DNA of 62,062 bases, filler included, from Pseudomonadota bacterium (GTDB lineage Bacteria > Desulfobacterota > Desulfobacteria > Desulfobacterales > JBDRRP01): assembly GCA_043825735.1 (NCBI GenBank). It is 4 parts of 4 records of this genome, joined end to end, with 100 filler letters (N's around TTAATTAATTAA, not from the genome) between each part and the next. Parts side by side here need not be neighbours in the genome. Positions count along the whole stretch, not along the records: positions 1 to 11,045 come from JBDRRP010000086.1; positions 11,146 to 42,211 come from JBDRRP010000088.1; 2 more parts are not named here. One strand, given 5' to 3'. The translations under genes were made by a program, and so were the position numbers. Below the pieces are notes generated by a model. It did no database searches and had not been told where the DNA came from. It was given only the letters and a program-made list of their open reading frames with translations. Below are positions 10,088 to 19,139 of this stretch, one piece after another; the first letter of the stretch is position 1; every line of letters begins with the position of its first letter.

Positions 10088-10720
10088 ATGGCGCATGATC
10101 TCACGGCAAAACAACAACAGTTTCTCGCGTATCTGGAGCGCTTCGTGGCGCGAAACCGGCAGGCGCCCAGTCTGCGACAGGCCGCATCCGACATGGGCGT
10201 CAGCCACGGGGCCGTGTCCCAGATGATCCGGATGCTGGAGCAAAAGGGGGCGGTGCGCCGGGAAGGCCGCTACAGTCGGACGATCCACCTGCTCAATCGG
10301 GCTGGCGTGGCCGCAGAGGGCATGCGCCCGGTGGCGGTGCCGGTCATCGGCCGCATTGCCGCGGGCCTTCCCCTCTATGCCCAGCAGGAATGGGACGGGA
10401 GCATCGTTATCGACGGGTCGGTCTATACGGGCAACAATCTTTTCGCCCTCCGGGTGCGCGGCGATTCCATGACCGATGCCGCTATTCTGGACGGCGATCT
10501 CGTCATCTGCGAGCCCAGCCAGTATGCCGAAAACGGCGACATCGTGGTGGCCCTGGTGGACCAGGAGGAGGCCACGGTAAAGCGGTTTTTCCGCCGCCGG
10601 GATCACATCGAACTGCGCCCGGAAAATGCGGCCTATCCGCCCATGCGCTACGGCTTCAACCAGGTGCTGGTGCAGGGGCAGGTGGTGGGGGTGATCCGGG
10701 GACCGGAAAACATCCCTTAG
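10088..10720 (+). CDS. lexA: SOS repressor LexA
   Basis: N-terminal wHTH (LTAKQ..PSLRQ), IAAGLP cleavage site, GDSM Ser, TVKR Lys. Confidence 0.93.
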   Translation: MAHDLTAKQQQFLAYLERFVARNRQAPSLRQAASDMGVSHGAVSQMIRMLEQKGAVRREGRYSRTIHLLNRAGVAAEGMRPVAVPVIGRIAAGLPLYAQQEWDGSIVIDGSVYTGNNLFALRVRGDSMTDAAILDGDLVICEPSQYAENGDIVVALVDQEEATVKRFFRRRDHIELRPENAAYPPMRYGFNQVLVQGQVVGVIRGPENIP

Positions 10721-10865
10721 TGCCCCGCCTGAAGCGGCATCTTTTGGCCCAGCGCGGCGTTTTCGCATCATATGAAATCCTCGAAATAGCAGGCTATTCC
10801 TCCGGTTTCATATGTGCTCAGGCCTTGCGCTGAACCAAAATCTACCACTTCAGACGGGGCACTGA
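10718..10865. repeat. MITE-like element, family B (TA-flanked)
   Basis: Ends AGTGCCCCGCCTGAAG / CTTCAGACGGGGCACT; core AAATAGCAGGCTATTCCTCCGGTT shared with copies near 11280 and 35304. Confidence 0.75.
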
Positions 10866-10870
10866 GGATA

Positions 10871-11405
10871 GAAGCGGCATCTTTGCCTTAGAAACCCTGC
10901 GCTGCGCGCAGGGTTCCAGGCGAAAAACGTGGCCCAGCGCGGCGTTTTTAAGCCCCCAAACATCGCGGGGGCTTACCAGTAAGGCATTAGGGCATTTTCG
11001 ATTCGCTCGCGTGGCTCGCTGGGCTGGCCCGCACTTTTTGCCATCNNNNNNNNNNNNNNNNNNNNNNNNNNNNNNNNNNNNNNNNNNNNTTAATTAATTA
11101 ANNNNNNNNNNNNNNNNNNNNNNNNNNNNNNNNNNNNNNNNNNNNAAGGACTTAGGGCATTTCCGATTCGCTCGCAGTCGCTCGCTGGGCTGGCCCGCGC
11201 TTTTCGAAATCCGCCGAAGGCGGACAAGTCCTCGGGCTGTTCGTCTGGAACACGGTGCGAAGCACCGGGTTTCCAAGACAAATAGCACGCTATTCCTCCG
11301 GTTTCGAAAATGCTCAAGCCTTGCTCTGAATCACGCTTTTCGCCTGGAACCTTGAGCGCAGCGATGGGTTTCTAAGGCAAATCTACCATTTCTGGCTGGA
11401 CACTA
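10871..11405. repeat. Family B copies with nested hairpin cassettes, broken by the assembly gap
   Basis: Same backbone as 10718-10865 plus insertions; 10981-11040 resembles 11146-11205 on the other side of the gap. Confidence 0.65.
11046..11145. other. Artificial contig spacer
   Basis: 100 nt of N containing the six-frame stop linker TTAATTAATTAA. Confidence 0.97.
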
Positions 11406-11623
11406 TTGAGTGTTCATCGGGAGAACGGTTTGCTTGAAAATGTAAAACGGCTCATGAACCGATTATTGTCCTGGATTCACAGCGGGGCTGTAAAACACCC
11501 TCCGTGCGCCGGGTGAGGAGCCGGCAATGGCGGCCGGAGGCCGCCTGGAAAAAGTAAAAAGTGAACGGTAAAAGGCTGCAGGTGTGGGTGGCGCCATTGG
11601 ATATTAGGAGAACGAATATTTTT

Positions 11624-11700
11624 GTAGGGGAGGGCTGTTTATCCCCTCCCGCTGATCTTAAATGGTTTTGTCGCTCGGGAGGGATAAACCCCTCCCCAAC
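11624..11700. repeat. GTAG-type REP doublet (REPIN-like)
   Basis: GTAGGGGAGGG...ATCCCCTCCCG and inverted CGGGAGGGATAAACCCCTCCCCAAC; related units at 15428-15453 and 42505-42562. Confidence 0.65.
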
Positions 11701-11744
11701 GAAACAGCAAGAACCCCAGCTGGAGAATAGTGCATAACCAGGAA

Positions 11745-11858
11745 AGATAATTCGCTTTCCCGGGAGTTCTCTGCGTCTCCGCGCCTCTGCGCGAGAACGT
11801 CTTTTTGTGTTAAAAAACGCCTGTGTGCTCCGTGAACTTCGCAGTGATATGATTTTTT
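11745..11858. repeat. Dispersed repeat; reverse-complement copy at about 25128-25228
   Basis: CTCTGCGTCTCCGCGCCTCTGCGCGAGAAC...CTTCGCAGTGATATGATTTT matches the inverted copy. Confidence 0.7.
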
Positions 11859-11906
11859 CCGATTTTGATGCGTTTGATATCAAAGGGAAGGTATATCCAT
11901 CCGCGC

Positions 11907-12923
11907 ATGCTCGTTTTAGGAATTGAAACATCGTGCGATGAAACCGCCGCCGCGCTGGTGGTCGACGGGCGCGAGATCCGTTCATCGGTGGTCTCCTCCC
12001 AGATCGCCGTGCATCAGCCCTACGGCGGGGTAGTTCCGGAACTGGCCTCCCGAAAACACCTGGAAAACATCGTATCCGTGGTTCAGTCGGCTTTTGATGA
12101 GGCCAGACTGACCGCCGGCGATCTCGACGCGGTGGCCGTCACCCAAGGTCCGGGGCTGGTGGGGGCACTGCTGGTGGGATTCAGCTTCGCCAAGGCCTTC
12201 GCCTTTGCCCGGAACCTGCCGTTTGTCGGGGTCAACCACCTCGATGGGCACATCAATTCGCTCTTTCTGACCGATCCGCCGCCCCGGTTTCCCTTTGTCA
12301 CCCTCCTGGTTTCCGGTGGGCACACCAGCCTTTATCACGTCACCGGCCACACCGCCGCGACCCTCCTGGGGCAGACCCGGGATGACGCCGCCGGCGAGGC
12401 CTTCGACAAGGTGGCCAAGATGCTCGATCTCGGGTATCCGGGCGGCCCGGTCATCAGCCAAATGGCCGAAGCGGGAAACCCCGCGGCCATCGCCTTTCCC
12501 CGCCCTTTTATGGACAAATCGGAATACGATTTCAGCTTCAGCGGTCTGAAGACAGCGGTGAGTCGTTATATCCATGACGTGAAGGGGTCCGTTACCGACA
12601 CCCTCGTTCGCGATATCGCCGCCAGCTTCCAGGCCGCAGCGGTGGACGTGCTCGTGGGAAAACTCTTTCGGGCCGCAGATGCGCTCGGGTGCCGGAGTGT
12701 GGCGATGGTGGGCGGTGTGGCGGCCAATCCGGTGCTCCGTAAATCCGCGGGCGAGGCCGCCGGCCGCCGCGGTGTGGATCTTTTTGTCCCACCGGTCGCC
12801 CTGTGCGGAGACAATGCCGCCATGATCGCCGCCGCCGGCTACCACCTCTTCAACGCCGGGCGCACCGCCGATCTCACCGCCGACGTTTTTTCCACCAGCC
12901 GTCTGGGCACTGCCGCACCGTGA
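11907..12923 (+). CDS. tsaD: tRNA N6-threonylcarbamoyltransferase TsaD
   Basis: LGIETSCDET, GGVVPELASRKH, HLDGH, SGGHT, DDAAGEAFDK, FSFSGLKT, DNAAMI. Confidence 0.97.
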   Translation: MLVLGIETSCDETAAALVVDGREIRSSVVSSQIAVHQPYGGVVPELASRKHLENIVSVVQSAFDEARLTAGDLDAVAVTQGPGLVGALLVGFSFAKAFAFARNLPFVGVNHLDGHINSLFLTDPPPRFPFVTLLVSGGHTSLYHVTGHTAATLLGQTRDDAAGEAFDKVAKMLDLGYPGGPVISQMAEAGNPAAIAFPRPFMDKSEYDFSFSGLKTAVSRYIHDVKGSVTDTLVRDIAASFQAAAVDVLVGKLFRAADALGCRSVAMVGGVAANPVLRKSAGEAAGRRGVDLFVPPVALCGDNAAMIAAAGYHLFNAGRTADLTADVFSTSRLGTAAP

Positions 12924-13233
12924 GGCCGTGGTGATTATCGCACTTGTCAGAATAATGTTCCGATTCATCCCCAAGATCCTATCGGGGTCGGGATCGAAAT
13001 CGGGATCGATATCGATGATTTTCAAGGCCGATAGCGATTTCGAAAAATGCCGGATTGAGAATTGAGTATTGAGCCTTAAACTGGGCTCGCATTGTCAACG
13101 TTATGCCAGTCACTGGAGCATTCTGCATAAGCGAGTTATTTTTTAGTCTCTTGGGGAGTGCGCCGGCAAAAAGATTTTCATTGACGACACCTTTGTAAAT
13201 CTTTATTGAAAGACCGTAACAATTTTGTGAGTG

Positions 13234-13326
13234 CCCGGAACAACGGGGTTTCAGGGGACTATCGTCAAAAGGACAAAGGCGTCCGTTTTTCTTCACTTGG
13301 AGAAAAACGGACGCCTTATTTATTTT
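13234..13326 (+). promoter_or_regulatory. ANTAR-type dual hexaloop hairpins overlapping an intrinsic terminator (antitermination leader)
   Basis: P1 GGAAC-AACGGG-GTTTC (13237-13252); P2 GGAC-AAAGGC-GTCC (13271-13284); both loops have A1/G4; P2 overlaps the 5' arm of a 17-bp terminator stem (13276-13317) followed by ATTTATTTT. Confidence 0.75.
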
Positions 13327-13368
13327 AACTAATCTTTATCAAGAAGAATTCGTGAAACTAATAAAAAC

Positions 13369-13776
13369 ATGGAAATGACATCGCCACCGAAGATAACCGT
13401 TTTTCATTGCGTCAACAGCATTACCGAAACCCGGACCACGCCTTCGGCCGGTCCCGGTGCCTGCGAGCTGAAATTCATTCCCCTGGCCTGCTCCAGCATG
13501 GTCAAGGACGTTTTTTTGCTGCGGGCATTTGAAGCCGGCGCCGACGCGGTGGTGGTGCTGGTCTGTCCGGAAGGGGCCTGCCGCTATGTCGAAGGCAATC
13601 TCAGGGCCAAAAAGCGCGTTCAGTGGGTCAAGGATCTGCTCGATGAAATCGGAATGGACGGACGCCGGCTGGCTCTTTTTAACCTGAGGGCCGGGGATGG
13701 GGTTGGCGATGTCCTCGATCAGACACTCGACGTGCTGCGGCAGATCCAACCCACGGTCTCAACCACAACCTTATAG
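13369..13776 (+). CDS. mvhD: MvhD/FlpD-family [2Fe-2S] protein
   Basis: VFHC, LACSS, AFEAGADAV, CPEGACRY.EGN, IGMDGRRL. Confidence 0.85.
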   Translation: MEMTSPPKITVFHCVNSITETRTTPSAGPGACELKFIPLACSSMVKDVFLLRAFEAGADAVVVLVCPEGACRYVEGNLRAKKRVQWVKDLLDEIGMDGRRLALFNLRAGDGVGDVLDQTLDVLRQIQPTVSTTTL

Positions 13777-13792
13777 AATAGGACGAAAAGGC

Positions 13793-14461
13793 ATGATTGT
13801 TGGAGAACGCAAACCCATTGCCGAAATCGAGAAAATCCTGGGGACTTATACGAAGGTCCTGATCCTGGGCTGCGGCACCTGCGTGAAAACCTGTTTTGCC
13901 GGCGGAGAAGACGAGGTGGCGGTGCTGGCCTCGGCCCTGCGACTGTCGCTCAAGCGCCAGGGGCGAAGCATCGCCGTGGAAGAGCTGACCGTCGAGCGCC
14001 AGTGCGAAGACGAATTTATCCAGGAAGCCGGTCCGGCGGTTGCCCGCAACACCGCCGTGCTTTCCCTGGCCTGCGGGGCCGGGGTACAGGCCATCGCCCG
14101 GCGGTTCACGGCGCACCCGGTGCTGCCCGGCGTGAACACCACCTTTATCGGCGTTCTGGAAAAACCCGGCCTGTTTACCGAAGAGTGTTCGGGCTGCGGC
14201 GACTGCCAGTTGGCGACGTTCGGCGGTGTTTGCCCCTTTACCCGCTGCGCCAAGAAATTGCTCAACGGCCCCTGCGGCGGATCACGCGAGGGGCGTTGTG
14301 AAGTGAACCCGGAGACCGACTGCGCCTGGCACCTGATCATCGAGCGGCTCAAAGCCCTGGGCCAGATGGACAATCTGAAAATCTACGTACCGCCCAAAAA
14401 CTGGAATCGCAGCCAGGCCGGCGGCCCGCGCAAACTCATCAGAGAGGATCACATTCTATGA
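13793..14461 (+). CDS. metV: MetV-like methylenetetrahydrofolate reductase small subunit
   Basis: GCGTCVKTC, RQCE, ACGAGVQ, CSGCGDC, CPFTRCAKKLLNGPCGG, CEV..CAW. Confidence 0.88.
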   Translation: MIVGERKPIAEIEKILGTYTKVLILGCGTCVKTCFAGGEDEVAVLASALRLSLKRQGRSIAVEELTVERQCEDEFIQEAGPAVARNTAVLSLACGAGVQAIARRFTAHPVLPGVNTTFIGVLEKPGLFTEECSGCGDCQLATFGGVCPFTRCAKKLLNGPCGGSREGRCEVNPETDCAWHLIIERLKALGQMDNLKIYVPPKNWNRSQAGGPRKLIREDHIL

Positions 14462-15408
14462 ACCACCAGGCCAAAAGCCATTTGGAGCATGTGCTCGCTG
14501 CGGGCGGTTTTGCCGTTACCGCAGAATGCGGGCCGCCCCGGGGGGCAGACCCCGGGGTGATTCGCCGAAAGGGTGAGCTGCTCAAGGGATACGTCGACGC
14601 GGTCAACGTCACCGACAACCAGACGGCCATCGTGAGAATGTCCAGCATCGCCGCCAGCGTGCACCTTGCGGCCATGGGGCTGGAGCCGGTGATGCAGATG
14701 GTGACCCGAGACCGCAACCGTATCGCCCTGCAGTCGGACATCCTGGGCGCCTATTCGCTGGGGATAAAAAACATCCTTTGCCTGACCGGAGACCACCAGA
14801 GCTTCGGCAGCCAGCCCGACGCCCTCAATGTCTTCGATATCGATTCGATGAACCTCGCGCGGGCCGTGCACGACATGGGCGCGCAGGGAACGGACATGAG
14901 CGGGTTTGCCCTTCAAGGCGCGCCCCGCATGTTCATCGGCGCAGCGGCCAATCCTTTTGCCGATCCGTTTGAATACCGCGTGATCCGGCTGGCCAAGAAA
15001 ATCGATGCCGGGGCCCGCTTTATCCAGACCCAGTGCGTGTTCAACCTCGAGCGTTTTTCCCGATGGATGCAGATGGCCCGCGACGAAGGGTTGACTGAAA
15101 AAGTCCACATCCTGGCCGGCATCACGCCCCTGAAATCCAAGGGCATGGCCGAATACATGGCCAAAAAAGTGGCCGGGATGGATGTGCCCGAAGATGTCAT
15201 CAAACGCATGGGATCGGTTGGGAAAGAAAAGGCCCGGGATGAGGGCGTGGCCATCTGCCTGGAGACCATCGCGGCCCTGAAGGACATCAAGGGCGTTTGC
15301 GGCGTTCACATCATGGCCATCGAATGGGAAGAGATCGTGGCCGACATCGTCAAAGGGGCGGGGCTGTGGCCGCGGCCCGGCGGAGAAGTGAAGACGGAAG
15401 GTCAATAG
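14458..15408 (+). CDS. metF: Methylenetetrahydrofolate reductase
   Basis: TAECGPP, VNVTDN, RDRNRIALQSD, LTGD, KKIDAGA.FIQTQ, GVHIMA. Confidence 0.92.
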   Translation: MNHQAKSHLEHVLAAGGFAVTAECGPPRGADPGVIRRKGELLKGYVDAVNVTDNQTAIVRMSSIAASVHLAAMGLEPVMQMVTRDRNRIALQSDILGAYSLGIKNILCLTGDHQSFGSQPDALNVFDIDSMNLARAVHDMGAQGTDMSGFALQGAPRMFIGAAANPFADPFEYRVIRLAKKIDAGARFIQTQCVFNLERFSRWMQMARDEGLTEKVHILAGITPLKSKGMAEYMAKKVAGMDVPEDVIKRMGSVGKEKARDEGVAICLETIAALKDIKGVCGVHIMAIEWEEIVADIVKGAGLWPRPGGEVKTEGQ

Positions 15409-15539
15409 GTTGAAGTTTGCCCGATCACGGGCGGGGATAAACCCCGCCCCTACAACCGCCGGTGGCTTCAGACGCACATTTTGGTTGCGGCTGCATCGCG
15501 ATAGACACTTCGTGGTGAATTTCCGGTAGGGAGTTTTGA

Positions 15540-16952
15540 ATGCCCAAAAAATATCACATTCATACCGAAACCGCGGCCCCGCGGTTTGCTCCCGTGGGCA
15601 AGTACACCACGGTGGAGTTTCGTGAGAACTGCGCCGGCAGTTGCCGGGCCTGCGTGAAAAAGCGCTGCGTCTACGATATCTTTTCGGAGAATATGCTTCA
15701 CGCCAGCACCATGTCGGAACCAGAATATCTGTACACCTGCATGAGCTGTTTCAGATGCGTCCAGGAATGCACCCGGGGCATTTTTTCTCGCGCCGTCAAT
15801 CCGGAGTACCGCACCCTTGGCGATGCCTACTGGCGTTCCGACACCATTCACCGGCTCTGGTATCAGGCCCACACCGGCAAGATTCCCGTTTCCGGCGCCG
15901 GATACCGGGGGCCCTTTGTGGGTGCGGGTTTCGATGCCATGTGGACCGACATGTCCGAAATCGTTCGGCCCACCCGCGACGGGATCCACGGCCGAGAATA
16001 CATCAATACCAGTGTGGAGCTCACCCGCCGGCACACGCCACTGGTCTTTGACGATGCCGGCAATCTTGCCGTGGACGCGCCTGCGATCCTGGAGATCCCG
16101 CTACCCCTGGTCCTTCAGCCCGCAACCGATCTGGTGGTCAACACCGACGTTCTTTCTTCCATGGCCCGGGCCGCCCGGATGCTGGGCACGCTGATGCTGG
16201 TATCGCCCGGGCAGTGGGAGCCGGCACTGGCACCGTTCGCCCCAAGCCTCGTGCCGTGTCTGGACAGCCGCTGTCTGGAAGCGCTGGATGACCGGTTTGC
16301 CGGATGCCCCGCCGTGGCGCTGACCGGCCTGGAGAACCATCCCGAGGTGCTGACCGACCTGAGACAACGCTCCCCGCGGTTAAACCTCTTCGCCATACTG
16401 CCCATGGATGCCGACGCCGCCGGCAACGCGGAGATCCTGGCCCGGGCCGGCGTTGATGCCATCATTTTCAATGGCGATCACCACGGCAACCAGCTCGGCA
16501 CCGACCGGCCCGCCTTTCTCAAAGAGATGATCCGCCAGATCCACCTGGCGCTGGTGGTCGCCGGCCTGCGTGAACGGGTCAATCTGCTGTTTTCCGGCGG
16601 CATCGCCATGGCCGAGCACATGGCCAAGGCCGTCATCTGCGGGGCCGACGCCGTGGTGGTCGATCGGCCCGCCATGATTGCCATGGAATGCCGTCTCTGC
16701 GGCCGGTGCACTCAGGGCCTTGAGTGTCCGGTGGCGCTGGACAAACCCTTCGACCCGGTCTGGGGGGCGCAGCGGATCGTCAACCTCATGGGGGCCTGGC
16801 ACAGCCAGTTGCTCGAGGTCATGGGCGCCATGGGAATTAGAGAAGCCCGGCGCCTGCGCGGTGAAGTGGGCCGCTCCATGTGGTTCGAAGACTTGGAAAA
16901 AGACAGTTTCGGCCCGATTTTCGGGCAGCGGCGAACGCAGGCGATTGTCTAA
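15540..16952 (+). CDS. Glutamate synthase-related Fe-S/FMN-barrel protein (degenerate paralogue)
   Basis: N-terminal ferredoxin-like Cys motifs, GAGYRGPF, RPTRDGIHGRE, SGGI..MAKAVICGAD, CRLCGRC..CP, GEVGR. Confidence 0.8.
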   Translation: MPKKYHIHTETAAPRFAPVGKYTTVEFRENCAGSCRACVKKRCVYDIFSENMLHASTMSEPEYLYTCMSCFRCVQECTRGIFSRAVNPEYRTLGDAYWRSDTIHRLWYQAHTGKIPVSGAGYRGPFVGAGFDAMWTDMSEIVRPTRDGIHGREYINTSVELTRRHTPLVFDDAGNLAVDAPAILEIPLPLVLQPATDLVVNTDVLSSMARAARMLGTLMLVSPGQWEPALAPFAPSLVPCLDSRCLEALDDRFAGCPAVALTGLENHPEVLTDLRQRSPRLNLFAILPMDADAAGNAEILARAGVDAIIFNGDHHGNQLGTDRPAFLKEMIRQIHLALVVAGLRERVNLLFSGGIAMAEHMAKAVICGADAVVVDRPAMIAMECRLCGRCTQGLECPVALDKPFDPVWGAQRIVNLMGAWHSQLLEVMGAMGIREARRLRGEVGRSMWFEDLEKDSFGPIFGQRRTQAIV

Positions 16953-17009
16953 TACGGTTGCCTGCGGATGCACGATGCTCAGTTGATTTTACCCATGGCA
17001 CGCAATGAG

Positions 17010-17168
17010 AACCACGAAGAACACGAAGAGCACGAAGAAAACCCAAAAAGCGATTTTGAACCACAGAGACCGCAGCGGACCGCAGAGAATATTATGAATA
17101 ATTAATAAGTTATCTCTGCGCTCTCTGCGTCCTCTGTGGTGATTTCAGACTTTTTACGAGTTTGTCAA
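17010..17168. repeat. Family A element in reverse orientation plus a CACGAAGnn arm
   Basis: Ends GATTTCAGACTTTTTACGAGTTTGTCAA; internal 9-nt periodic arms. Confidence 0.7.
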
Positions 17169-17239
17169 GATTGAGTTTCATAGATCAGCGGATAACGAAT
17201 TGACCCCCGGCGTGTCCGGGTGAGGAGGCAGAACCGATT

Positions 17240-18787
17240 ATGAGCGCCCCCAAGGTTGCCCTGCCGGAGGTGATACCGGCCCCGTCACGGTTTCGAAATA
17301 CCATCGGCAAGTACACCATCAAGCGCAATTCACGACGGTGCACGTCCTGCGGGCTCTGCGCCGAGCTTTGCCCCTACGATGTCCATCCCCGCTATGATGT
17401 CTATACGCAGACCCTCAGGCCGCTGGAACACCGGTGCATCGGGTTTGCTTGCCGCGGCAATGATTTCTGCTGCGTGCAGCGGTGCCCGGAAAAGGCCCTG
17501 ACCCTGGCGTTGAATCCGATCTTAGAGACCCTGGGCGACTACCGCTGGCCGTCTGACATGCTCATCGCCCACTGGGCCATGGCAGAAACCGGAGCACTGC
17601 CCACCGTCGACCTGGAATATGACCTGGGCTTTTCCGGCGGCGGGTTCGACAAGATTCGCTTCAAACCGCCCGCATCCGATGCCAGGATCGACATCGACGA
17701 TGCACAGATGGACATGAGCCTCACGCTCAACAAACGCGACGACGGCCGGCCGCGCCGGACCCTTTCGATGCCGTGCTACAGCGGCGGTATGTCCTACGGC
17801 TCCATGGCCCTGTCGGCGCTGGTGGGCCGGGCCCGTGCAGCCCAGCGTCTGGGCTCGCTGACGTGCACCGGGGAAGGCGGCTACCCGGATGCGTTTCTTC
17901 CTTACGCCAATCATGTCATCACCCAGGTGGCCACCGGTCTTTTCGGGGTGCGTGAGGAGACGATTCTCTATGCGCCCATGGTGGAGTTCAAATACGCTCA
18001 GGGCGCCAAGCCGGGCCTCGGAGGACACCTGCTCGGAGACAAGGTCACCCCGGAAGTAGCGGCCATGCGGGAAACCGTTGTGGGCAACTCTCTTTTCTCG
18101 CCGTTTCCCTTCCACAGCGTCTACTCGGTGGAAGACCACAAAAAACACGTGGACTGGGTCAAGGAGATCAATCCGAACGTACTGGTGTCGGTGAAAGTCT
18201 CCACTCCTACCGATGTCGACATGGTGGCCGTGGGCAGCTACTACGCCGGGGCTCACGTCGTGCACATCGACGGCTCCTACGGCGGTACCGGGGCCGCCCC
18301 GGACATCGCCAAGAAAAACATCGCCATGCCCATCGAGTACGCCATCCCCAAGGTGCACCGCTTTTTAGAGGCCGAGGGGATCCGGGACAGCATCTGCCTC
18401 ATCGCCAGCGGCGGTATCCGAAATGCCATGGACGTTGCCAAGGCCATCGCCCTGGGCGCCGACGGTGTGGTGATCGGCACGGCGGAAATGGTGGCACTGG
18501 AGTGCGTGCGCTGCGGCAACTGCGAAAGCGGACGCGGATGCGCCCGGGGCATCGCCACCACCGACCAGGAACTGGGCCAAATGATCACCGAGGAATACGC
18601 CGAGCAGCGTATCGTCAACATGTACATGGCCTGGCGCAAGCAGTGGTGCGAGCTGTTGCGAAGCCTCGGCATGCGCAGCATGCGCGAGTTGGTGGGCCGC
18701 TCTGACCTGCTGGTGCACCTGGACTATCTGGAAGACGACGAACGCGCCGCCTACCGGCCGGCACCGCAGCAGCGGATGTTTATATGA
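17240..18787 (+). CDS. Glutamate synthase FMN-binding subunit with N-terminal ferredoxin domain (archaeal/split type)
   Basis: GMSYGS, TGEGG, QVATGLFGV, EFKYAQGAKPGLGGHL, SPFPFH, VKV, DGSYGGTGAAP, SGGIR, ALGAD, CVRCGNC..CARGI. Confidence 0.92.
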   Translation: MSAPKVALPEVIPAPSRFRNTIGKYTIKRNSRRCTSCGLCAELCPYDVHPRYDVYTQTLRPLEHRCIGFACRGNDFCCVQRCPEKALTLALNPILETLGDYRWPSDMLIAHWAMAETGALPTVDLEYDLGFSGGGFDKIRFKPPASDARIDIDDAQMDMSLTLNKRDDGRPRRTLSMPCYSGGMSYGSMALSALVGRARAAQRLGSLTCTGEGGYPDAFLPYANHVITQVATGLFGVREETILYAPMVEFKYAQGAKPGLGGHLLGDKVTPEVAAMRETVVGNSLFSPFPFHSVYSVEDHKKHVDWVKEINPNVLVSVKVSTPTDVDMVAVGSYYAGAHVVHIDGSYGGTGAAPDIAKKNIAMPIEYAIPKVHRFLEAEGIRDSICLIASGGIRNAMDVAKAIALGADGVVIGTAEMVALECVRCGNCESGRGCARGIATTDQELGQMITEEYAEQRIVNMYMAWRKQWCELLRSLGMRSMRELVGRSDLLVHLDYLEDDERAAYRPAPQQRMFI

Positions 18788-18806
18788 ACCGGGTTAACCA
18801 ACACAT

Positions 18807-19060
18807 TTGGCAAACTCGGGGAAAAAGCAATTTTCTCGCGAAGACGCCAAGTGCGCCAAGAAAACCGAACGCTGAACATCGAACGTCCAACTTCAAATTT
18901 TGAATGAAAAGCGCAAGCGCGGGTTCAAGGGTTAAAAATGTTCAGTGTTTTTTATTCAACGTTCGACGTTCAATGTTCGATGTTGGACGTTCTCATTTTC
19001 GAAGTTCTTTGCGATCTTTGCGGCTTTGCGAGAGATTTCGACTTTTCACGGCATCATCGA
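18807..19060. repeat. Family A element carrying an additional 7-nt periodic module (GAACGCTGAACATCGAACG / TTCAACGTTCGACG)
   Basis: Left half recurs almost identically at 39801-39930. Confidence 0.7.
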
Positions 19061-19139
19061 ACAGAAGGACGTAAACACAGCGGTTTTAGGACCTTGCCGT
19101 TATGCGTTTCGCAGCAACCAAGTAAAGGACACTAATCCC

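Noticed and set aside
11046..11145. TTAATTAATTAA motif recurring three times
   Set aside because: Artificial six-frame-stop linker within 100-nt N spacers; ORFs and gene linkage across it are not biological
11982..13025. Long antisense ORFs (also 14449-15477, 22557-23585, 59626-60621)
   Set aside because: Shadow frames of well-supported genes in GC-rich DNA, with no motifs
13080..13330. SAM, THF or glutamine riboswitch before metF/GOGAT genes
   Set aside because: No recognisable aptamer cores; the ANTAR dual-hairpin pattern explains the leader better
13369..14461. Selenocysteine recoding in mvhD/metV given selB in the window
   Set aside because: Both ORFs are open with Cys codons; no in-frame TGA
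18945..19139. N-terminal extension of the 952-aa ORF
   Set aside because: Reads through repeat DNA; ATG at 19140 has an AAGGA RBS
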